A stretch of DNA of 64,000 nucleotides from Auanema rhodensis. Lineage: Eukaryota > Animalia > Nematoda. The position numbers were made by a program, and so were the translations under genes. The stretch lies in NCBI GenBank assembly GCA_964057225.1, contig OZ059896.1:3968001-4032000 (forward strand). The letters run 5' to 3'. The notes beneath the pieces are model-generated. The model made no database searches, was not told where the DNA came from, and saw only the letters and a list, made by a program, of their open reading frames with translations. This document shows, one piece after another, positions 53,501 to 64,000 of the stretch; positions within the stretch are counted from its first letter, which is position 1; each line of letters starts with the position of its first letter.

Positions 53501-56500
53501 TTGTCCATCGTTTTTGCCTTGAAAAAAGGAATCTAAAAACATCTACTTTTCGCTAAATTATTTTGAAATTTTTCGAAAAAATTTTTGTCAAAATGTTTTT
53601 GGAAGCAATTTTGAGTGTACATGGAAACTCAACATACACTAATGCATCATTTTTCAAACGATCATAACTTATTTTTGTATTAAGCGTTTCTCAATGTAGT
53701 ATAGTGCATTCGATGCGGATTTTTAAGCTGCGTCGATCTGTACTATCAGATTTGCGCTAGCTTGAAAATGCACCGAGATATCAACTGATATAAGTTCACA
53801 CTTATATCCTCGATTTTCACCCTGAAGAATTAATTTTTTCGTTGAATAACATTGTCCATCGTTTTTGCCTCGAAAAAAGGAATCTAAAAACATCTACTTT
53901 TCGCTAAATTATTTTGAAATTTTTCGAAAAAATTTTTGTCAAAATGTTTTTGGAAGCAATTTTGAGTGTACATGGAAACTCAACATACACTATTGCATCA
54001 TTTTTCAAACGATCATAACTAATTTTTGTATTAAGCTTTTCTTAATGTAGTATAGTGCATTCGATGCGGATTTTTAAGCTGCGTTGATCTGTACTATCAG
54101 ATTTGCGCTAGCTTGAAAATGCACCGAGATATCAACTGATATAAGTTCACACTTATATCCTCGATTTTCACCCTGAAGAATTAATTTTTTCGTTGAATTA
54201 CACTGTCCATCGTTTTTGCCTTGAAAAAAGGAATCTAAAAACATCTACTTTTCGCTAAATTATTTTGAAATTTTTCGAAAAAATTTTTGTCAAAATGTTT
54301 TTGGAAGCAATTTTGAGTGTACATGGAAACTCAACATACACTAATGCATCATTTTTCAAACGATCATAACTTATTTTTGTATTAAGCGTTTCTCAAAGTA
54401 GTATAGTGCATTCGATGCGGATTTTTAAGCTGCGTCGATCTGTACTATCAGATTTGCGCTAGCTTGAAAATGCACCGAGATATCAACTGATATAAGTTCA
54501 CACTTATATCCTCGATTTTCACCCTGAAGAATTAATTTTTTCGTTGAATAACATTGTCCATCGTTTTTGCCTCGAAAAAAGGAATCTAAAAACATCTACT
54601 TTTCGCTAAATTATTTTGAAATTTTTCGAAAAAATTTTTGTCAAAATGTTTTTGGAAGCAATTTTGAGTGTACATGGAAACTCAACATACACTATTGCAT
54701 CATTTTTCAAACGATCATAACTAATTTTTGTATTAAGCTTTTCTTAATGTAGTATAGTGCATTCGATGCGGATTTTTAAGCTGCGTCGATCTGTACTATC
54801 AGATTTGCGCTAGCTTGAAAATGCACCGAGATATGAACTGATATAAGTTCACACTTATATCCTCGATTTTCACCCTGAAGAATTAATTTTTTCGTTGAAT
54901 TACATTGTCCATCGTTTTTGCCTTGAAAAAAGGAATCTAAAAACATCTACTTTACGCTATATTATTTTGAAATTTTTCGAAAAAATTTTTGTCAAAATGT
55001 TTTTGGAAGCAATTTTGAGTGTACATGGAAACTCAACATACACTAATGCATCATTTTTCAAACGATCATAACTAATTTTTGTATTAAGCGTTTCTCAATG
55101 TAGTATAGTGCATTCGATGCGGATTTTTAAGCTGCGTCGATCTGTACTATCAGATTTGCGCTAGCTTGAAAATGCACCGAGATATCAACTGATATAAGTT
55201 CACACTTATATCCTCGATTTTCACCCTGAAGAATTAATTTTTTCGTTGAATAACATTGTCCATCGTTTTTGCCTCGAAAAAAGGAATCTAAAAACATCTA
55301 CTTTTCGCTAAATTATTTTGAAATTTTTCGAAAAAATTTTTGTCAAAATGTTTTTGGAAGCAATTTTGAGTGTACATGGAAACTCAACATACACTATTGC
55401 ATCATTTTTCAAACGATCATAACTAATTTTTGTATTAAGCTTTTCTTAATGTAGTATAGTGCATTCGATGCGGATTTTTAAGCTGCGTCGATCTGTACTA
55501 TCAGATTTGCGCTAGCTTGAAAATGCACCGAGATATCAACTGATATAAGTTCACACTTATATCCTCGATTTTCACCCTGAAGAATTAATTTTTTCGTTGA
55601 ATAACATTGTCCATCGTTTTTGCCTCGAAAAAAGGAATCTAAAAACATCTACTTTTCGCTAAATTATTTTGAAATTTTTCGAAAAAATTTTTGTCAAAAT
55701 GTTTTTGGAAGCAATTTTGAGTGTACATGGAAACTCAACATACACTAATGCATCATTTTTCAAACGATCATAACTAATTTTTGTATAAAGCGTTTCTCAA
55801 TGTAGTATAGTGCATTCGATGCGGATTTTTAAGCTGCGTCGATCTGTACTATCAGATTTGCGCTAGCTTGAAAATGCACCGAGATATCAACTGATATAAG
55901 TTCACACTTATATCCTCGATTTTCACCCTGAAGAATTAATTTTTTCGTTGAATAACATTGTCCATCGTTTTTGCCTCAAAAAAAGGAATCTAAAAACATC
56001 TACTTTTCGCTAAATTATTTTGAAATTTTTCGAAAAAATTTTTGTCAAAATGTTTTTGGAAGCAATTTTGAGTGTACATGGAAACTCAACATACACTAAT
56101 GCATCATTTTTCAAACGATCATAACTAATTTTTGTATTAAGCGTTTCTCAATGTAGTATAGTGCATTCGATGCGGATTTTTAAGCTGCGTCGATCTGTAC
56201 TATCAGATTTGCGCTAGCTTGAAAATGCACCGAGATATGAACTGATATAAGTTCACACTTATATCCTCGATTTTCACCCTGAAGAATTAATTTTTTCGTT
56301 GAATTACATTGTCCATCGTTTTTGCCTTGAAAAAAGGAATCTAAAAACATCTACTTTTCGCTATATTATTTTGAAATTTTTCGAAAAAATTTTTGTCAAA
56401 ATGTTTTTGGAAGCAATTTTGAGTGTACATGGAAACTCAACATACACTAATGCATCATTTTTCAAACGATCATAACTAATTTTTGTATTAAGCGTTTCTC

Positions 56501-59500
56501 AATGTAGTATAGTGCATTCGATGCGGATTTTTAAGCTGCGTCGATCTGTACTATCAGATTTGCGCTAGCTTGAAAATGCACCGAGATATCAACTGATATA
56601 AGTTCACACTTATATCCTCGATTTTCACCCTGAAGAATTAATTTTTTCGTTGAATAACATTGTCCATCGTTTTTGCCTCGAAAAAAGGAATCTAAAAACA
56701 TCTACTTTTCGCTAAATTATTTTGAAATTTTTCGAAAAAATTTTTGTCAAAATGTTTTTGGAAGCAATTTTGAGTGTACATGGAAACTCAACATACACTA
56801 TTGCATCATTTTTCAAACGATCATAACTAATTTTTGTATTAAGCTTTTCTTAATGTAGTATAGTGCATTCGATGCGGATTTTTAAGCTGCGTCGATCTGT
56901 ACTATCAGATTTGCGCTAGCTTGAAAATGCACCGAGATATCAACTGATATAAGTTCACACTTATATCCTCGATTTTCACCCTGAAGAATTAATTTTTTCG
57001 TTGAATAACATTGTCCATCGTTTTTGCCTCGAAAAAAGGAATCTAAAAACATCTACTTTTCGCTAAATTATTTTGAAATTTTTCGAAAAAATTTTTGTCA
57101 AAATGTTTTTGGAAGCAATTTTGAGTGTACATGGAAACTCAACATACACTAATGCATCATTTTTCAAACGATCATAACTAATTTTTGTATAAAGCGTTTC
57201 TCAATGTAGTATAGTGCATTCGATGCGGATTTTTAAGCTGCGTCGATCTGTACTATCAGATTTGCGCTAGCTTGAAAATGCACCGAGATATGAACTGATA
57301 TAAGTTCACACTTATATCCTCGATTTTCACCCTGAAGAATTAATTTTTTCGTTGAATAACATTGTCCATCGTTTTTGCCTCGAAAAAAGGAATCTAAAAA
57401 CATCTACTTTTCGCTAAATTATTTTGAAATTTTTCGAAAAAATTTTTGTCAAAATGTTTTTGGAAGCAATTTTGAGTGTACATGGAAACTCAACATACAC
57501 TAATGCATCATTTTTCAAACGATCATAACTTATTTTTGTATTAAGCGTTTCTCAATGTAGTATAGTGCATTCGATGCGGATTTTTAAGCTGCGTCGATCT
57601 GTACTATCAGATTTGCGCTAGCTTGAAAATGCACCGAGATATCAACTGATATAAGTTCACACTTATATCCTCGATTTTCACCCTGAAGAATTAATTTTTT
57701 CGTTGAATAACATTGTCCATCGTTTTTGCCTCAAAAAAAGGAATCTAAAAACATCTACTTTTCGCTAAATTATTTTGAAATTTTTCGAAAAAATTTTTGT
57801 CAAAATGTTTTTGGAAGCAATTTTGAGTGTACATGGAAACTCAACATACACTATTGCATCATTTTTCAAACGATCATAACTAATTTTTGTATTAAGCTTT
57901 TCTTAATGTAGTATAGTGCATTCGATGCGGATTTTTAAGCTGCGTCGATCTGTACTATCAGATTTGCGCTAGCTTGAAAATGCACCGAGATATGAACTGA
58001 TATAAGTTCACACTTATATCCTCGATTTTCACCCTGAAGAATTAATTTTTTCGTTGAATTACATTGTCCATCGTTTTTGCCTTGAAAAAAGGAATCTAAA
58101 AACATCTACTTTTTGCTAAATTATTTTGAAATTTTTCGAAAAAATTTTTGTCAAAATGTTTTTGGAAGCAATTTTGAGTGTACATGGAAACTCAACATAC
58201 ACTAATGCATCATTTTTCAAACGATCATAACTTATTTTTGTATTAAGCGTTTCTCAATGTAGTATAGTGCATTCGATGCGGATTTTTAAGCTGCGTCGAT
58301 CTGTACTATCAGATTTGCGCTAGCTTGAAAATGCACCGAGATATGAACTGATATAAGTTCACACCTATATCCTCGATTTTCACCCTGAAGAATTAATTTT
58401 TTCGTTGAATAACATTGTCCATCGTTTTTGCCTTGAAAAAAGGAATCTAAAAACATCTACTTTTCGCTAAATTATTTTGAAATTTTTCGAAAAAATTTTT
58501 GTCAAAATGTTTTTGGAAGCAATTTTGAGTGTACATGGAAACTCAACATACACTAATGCATCATTTTTCAAACGATCATAACTTATTTTTGTATTAAGCG
58601 TTTCTCAATGTAGTATAGTGCATTCGATGCGGATTTTTAAGCTGCGTCGATCTGTACTATCAGATTTGCGCTAGCTTGAAAATGCACCGAGATATCAACT
58701 GATATAAGTTCACACCTATATCCTCGATTTTCACCCTGAAGAATTAATTTTTTCGTTGAATAACATTGTCCATCGTTTTTGCCTTGAAAAAAGGAATCTA
58801 AAAACATCTACTTTTTGCTAAATTATTTTGAAATTTTTCGAAAAAATTTTTGTCAAAATGTTTTTGGAAGCAATTTTGAGTGTACATGGAAACTCAACAT
58901 ACACTAATGCATCATTTTTCAAACGATCATAACTTATTTTTGTATTAAGCGTTTCTCAATGTAGTATAGTGCATTCGATGCGGATTTTTAAGCTGCGTCG
59001 ATCTGTACTATCAGATTTGCGCTAGCTTGAAAATGCACCGAGATATGAACTGATATAAGTTCACACTTATATCCTCGATTTTCACCCTGAAGAATTAATT
59101 TTTTCGTTGAATTACATTGTCCATCGTTTTTGCCTTGAAAAAAGGAATCTAAAAACATCTACTTTTCGCTATATTATTTTGAAATTTTTCGAAAAAATTT
59201 TTGTCAAAATGTTTTTGGAAGCAATTTTGAGTGTACATGGAAACTCAACATACACTAATGCATCATTTTTCAAACGATCATAACTAATTTTTGTATTAAG
59301 CGTTTCTCAATGTAGTATAGTGCATTCGATGCGGATTTTTAAGCTGCGTCGATCTGTACTATCAGATTTGCGCTAGCTTGAAAATGCACCGAGATATGAA
59401 CTGATATAAGTTCACACCTATATCCTCGATTTTCACCCTGAAGAATTAATTTTTTCGTTGAATAACATTGTCCATCGTTTTTGCCTTGAAAAAAGGAATC

Positions 59501-62500
59501 TAAAAACATCTACTTTTCGCTAAATTATTTTGAAATTTTTCGAAAAAATTTTTGTCAAAATGTTTTTGGAAGCAATTTTGAGTGTACATGGAAACTCAAC
59601 ATACACTAATGCATCATTTTTCAAACGATCATAACTTATTTTTGTATTAAGCGTTTCTCAATGTAGTATAGTGCATTCGATGCGGATTTTTAAGCTGCGT
59701 CGATCTGTACTATCAGATTTGCGCTAGCTTGAAAATGCACCGAGATATCAACTGATATAAGTTCACACTTATATCCTCGATTTTCACCCTGAAGAATTAA
59801 TTTTTTCGTTGAATAACATTGTCCATCGTTTTTGCCTCGAAAAAAGGAATCTAAAAACATCTACTTTTCGCTAAATTATTTTGAAATTTTTCGAAAAAAT
59901 TTTTGTCAAAATGTTTTTGGAAGCAATTTTGAGTGTACATGGAAACTCAACATACACTAATGCATCATTTTTCAAACGATCATAACTTATTTTTGTATTA
60001 AGCGTTTCTCAATGTAGTATAGTGCATTCGATGCGGATTTTTAAGCTGCGTCGATCTGTACTATCAGATTTGCGCTAGCTTGAAAATGCACCGAGATATC
60101 AACTGATATAAGTTCACACTTATATCCTCGATTTTCACCCTGAAGAATTAATTTTTTCGTTGAATAACATTGTCCATCGTTTTTGCCTCAAAAAAAGGAA
60201 TCTAAAAACATCTACTTTTCGCTAAATTATTTTGAAATTTTTCGAAAAAATTTTTGTCAAAATGTTTTTGGAAGCAATTTTGAGTGTACATGGAAACTCA
60301 ACATACACTATTGCATCATTTTTCAAACGATCATAACTAATTTTTGTATTAAGCTTTTCTTAATGTAGTATAGTGCATTTGATGCGGATTTTTAAGCTGC
60401 GTCGATCTGTACTATCAGATTTGCGCTAGCTTGAAAATGCACCGAGATATGAACTGATATAAGTTCACACTTATATCCTCGATTTTCACCCTGAAGAATT
60501 AATTTTTTCGTTGAATTACATTGTCCATCGTTTTTGCCTTGAAAAAAGGAATCTAAAAACATCTACTTTTCGCTAAATTATTTTGAAATTTTTCGAAAAA
60601 ATTTTTGTCAAAATGTTTTTGGAAGCAATTTTGAGTGTACATGGAAACTCAACATACACTAATGCATCATTTTTCAAACGATCATAACTTATTTTTGTAT
60701 TAAGCGTTTCTCAATGTAGTATAGTGCATTCGATGCGGATTTTTAAGCTGCGTCGATCTGTACTATCAGATTTGCGCTAGCTTGAAAATGCACCGAGATA
60801 TGAACTGATATAAGTTCACATTTATGTCCTCGATTTTCACCCTGAAGAATTAATTTTTTCGTTGAATTACATTGTCCATCGTTTTTGCCTTGAAAAAAGG
60901 AATCTAAAAACATCTACTTTTCGCTAAATTATTCTGAAATTTTTCGAAAAAATTTTTGTCAAAATGTTTTTGGAAGCAATTTTGAGTGTACATGGAAACT
61001 CAACATACACTAATGCATCATTTTTCAAACGATCATAACTAATTTTTGTATTAAGCGTTTCTCAATGTAGTATAGTGCATTCGATGCGGATTTTTAAGCT
61101 GCGTCGATCTGTACTATCAGATTTGCGCTAGCTTGAAAATGCACCGAGATATCAACTGATATAAGTTCACACCTATATCCTCGATTTTCACCCTGAAGAA
61201 TTAATTTTTTCGTTGAATAACATTGTCCATCGTTTTTGCCTTGAAAAAAGGAATCTAAAAACATCTACTTTTTGCTAAATTATTTTGAAATTTTTCGAAA
61301 AAATTTTTGTCAAAATGTTTTTGGAAGCAATTTTGAGTGTACATGGAAACTCAACATACACTAATGCATCATTTTTCAAACGATCATAACTTATTTTTGT
61401 ATTAAGCGTTTCTCAATGTAGTATAGTGCATTCGATGCGGATTTTTAAGCTGCGTCGATCTGTACTATCAGATTTGCGCTAGCTTGAAAATGCACCGAGA
61501 TATGAACTGATATAAGTTCACACTTATATCCTCGATTTTCACCCTGAAGAATTAATTTTTTCGTTGAATTACATTGTCCATCGTTTTTGCCTTGAAAAAA
61601 GGAATCTAAAAACATCTACTTTTCGCTATATTATTTTGAAATTTTTCGAAAAAATTTTTGTCAAAATGTTTTTGGAAGCAATTTTGAGTGTACATGGAAA
61701 CTCAACATACACTAATGCATCATTTTTCAAACGATCATAACTAATTTTTGTATTAAGCGTTTCTCAATGTAGTATAGTGCATTCGATGCGGATTTTTAAG
61801 CTGCGTCGATCTGTAATATCAGATTTGCGCTAGCTTGAAAATGCACCGAGATATCAACTGATATAAGTTCACACCTATATCCTCGATTTTCACCCTGAAG
61901 AATTAATTTTTTCGTTGAATAACATTGTCCATCGTTTTTGCCTTGAAAAAAGGAATCTAAAAACATCTACTTTTTGCTAAATTATTTTGAAATTTTTCGA
62001 AAAAATTTTTGTCAAAATGTTTTTGGAAGCAATTTTGAGTGTACATGGAAACTCAACATACACTAATGCATCATTTTTCAAACGATCATAACTTATTTTT
62101 GTATTAAGCGTTTCTCAATGTAGTATAGTGCATTCGATGCGGATTTTTAAGCTGCGTCGATCTGTAATATCAGATTTGCGCTAGCTTGAAAATGCACCGA
62201 GATATCAACTGATATAAGTTCACACCTATATCCTCGATTTTCACCCTGAAGAATTAATTTTTTCGTTGAATAACATTGTCCATCGTTTTTGCCTTGAAAA
62301 AAGGAATCTAAAAACATCTACTTTTTGCTAAATTATTTTGAAATTTTTCGAAAAAATTTTTGTCAAAATGTTTTTGGAAGCAATTTTGAGTGTACATGGA
62401 AACTCAACATACACTAATGCATCATTTTTCAAACGATCATAACTTATTTTTGTATTAAGCGTTTCTCAATGTAGTATAGTGCATTCGATGCGGATTTTTA

Positions 62501-64000
62501 AGCTGCGTCGATCTGTACTATCAGATTTGCGCTAGCTTGAAAATGCACCGAGATATCAACTGATATAAGTTCACACCTATATCCTCGATTTTCACCCTGA
62601 AGAATTAATTTTTTCGTTGAATAACATTGTCCATCGTTTTTGCCTTGAAAAAAGGAATCTAAAAACATCTACTTTTCGCTAAATTATTTTGAAATTTTTC
62701 GAAAAAATTTTTGTCAAAATGTTTTTGGAAGCAATTTTGAGTGTACATGGAAACTCAACATACACTATTGCATCATTTTTCAAACGATCATAACTAATTT
62801 TTGTATTAAGCTTTTCTTAATGTAGTATAGTGCATTCGATGCGGATTTTTAAGCTGCGTCGATCTGTACTATCAGATTTGCGCTAGCTTGAAAATGCACC
62901 GAGATATCAACTGATATAAGTTCACACTTATATCCTCGATTTTCACCCTGAAGAATTAATTTTTTCGTTGAATAACATTGTCCATCGTTTTTGCCTCAAA
63001 AAAAGGAATTTAAAAACATCTACTTTTCGCTAAATTATTTTGAAATTTTTCGAAAAAATTTTTGTCAAAATGTTTTTGGAAGCAATTTTGAGTGTACATG
63101 GAAACTCAACATACACTATTGCATCATTTTTCAAACGATCATAACTAATTTTTGTATTAAGCTTTTCTTAATGTAGTATAGTGCATTTGATGCGGATTTT
63201 TAAGCTGCGTCGATCTGTACTATCAGATTTGCGCTAGCTTGAAAATGCACCGAGATATGAACTGATATAAGTTCACACTTATATCCTCGATTTTCACCCT
63301 GAAGAATTAATTTTTTCGTTGAATTACATTGTCCATCGTTTTTGCCTTGAAAAAAGGAATCTAAAAACATCTACTTTTCGCTAAATTATTTTGAAATTTT
63401 TCGAAAAAATTTTTGTCAAAATGTTTTTGGAAGCAATTTTGAGTGTACATGGAAACTCAACATACACTAATGCATCATTTTTCAAACGATCATAACTTAT
63501 TTTTGTATTAAGCGTTTCTCAATGTAGTATAGTGCATTCGATGCGGATTTTTAAGCTGCGTCGATCTGTACTATCAGATTTGCGCTAGCTTGAAAATGCA
63601 CCGAGATATGAACTGATATAAGTTCACATTTATATCCTCGATTTTCACCCTGAAGAATTAATTTTTTCGTTGAATTACATTGTCCATCGTTTTTGCCTTG
63701 AAAAAAGGAATCTAAAAACATCTACTTTTCGCTAAATTATTCTGAAATTTTTCGAAAAAATTTTTGTCAAAATGTTTTTGGAAGCAATTTTGAGTGTACA
63801 TGGAAACTCAACATACACTAATGCATCATTTTTCAAACGATCATAACTAATTTTTGTATTAAGCGTTTCTCAATGTAGTATAGTGCATTCGATGCGGATT
63901 TTTAAGCTGCGTCGATCTGTACTATCAGATTTGCGCTAGCTTGAAAATGCACCGAGATATCAACTGATATAAGTTCACACCTATATCCTCGATTTTCACC
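50524..64000 (-). repeat. 351-bp tandem satellite array, right arm (subfamily R), reverse complement of the left-arm family, ~38.4 copies, truncated by the window end
   Basis: ATGTAGTATAGTGCATTCGATGCGGATTTTTAAGCTGCGTCGATCTGT is the reverse complement of left ACAGATCGACGCAGCTTAAAAATCCGCATCGAATGCACTATACTACAT. The period is 351 (ORF starts differ by multiples of 351). About 14-16 diagnostic substitutions versus the left arm. Confidence 0.99.

Noticed and set aside
51759-63176. Eight 61-aa ORFs (MP[QR]KKESKN...)
   Set aside because: They are antisense to the left-arm ORF, start at TTG, and are open only in the minority of monomers where SNPs remove stops (CTATTGC vs CTAATGC, CCTC vs CCTTGA).
1-64000. 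Giant foldback/TIR transposon with the 351 arms as terminal inverted repeats
   Set aside because: There is no transposase, the inner breakpoints are at different monomer phases, and the arms are ~4% diverged. The outer ends and any TSD lie outside the window, so it cannot be supported here.
50524-64000. Inverted arm as an assembly fold-back or chimeric-read artefact
   Set aside because: It has fixed diagnostic differences and its own higher-order pattern, so it is not a mirror copy of the left arm. A mis-join of two real loci still needs read-level exclusion.

Overview
The whole 64 kb is non-coding, AT-rich (~31-32% GC) tandem satellite DNA of eukaryotic heterochromatin type, arranged in three blocks. 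(1) 1-7094: ~20.2 copies of a 351-bp monomer, open at the left edge. (2) 7094-50525: ~246.8 head-to-tail copies of a different 176-bp monomer (43.4 kb, net one 1-bp indel). (3) 50524-64000: ~38.4 copies of the same 351-bp family in the opposite orientation and as a distinct subfamily (~4% diverged), open at the right edge. Both junctions are direct, with no unique spacer and only micro-homology. No credible gene, RNA gene, transposon or CRISPR is present, and all listed ORFs are by-products of the repeat. The most interesting signal is the architecture: a palindrome-rich, mono-nucleosome-sized core array carrying CACGTG/RTCACRTG motifs, bracketed by converging inverted arrays whose monomer is almost exactly twice as long (351 vs 2x176). 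This suggests a candidate centromere-like or macro-dyad locus. That function is inference only, and I cannot identify the organism or satellite family from the sequence.
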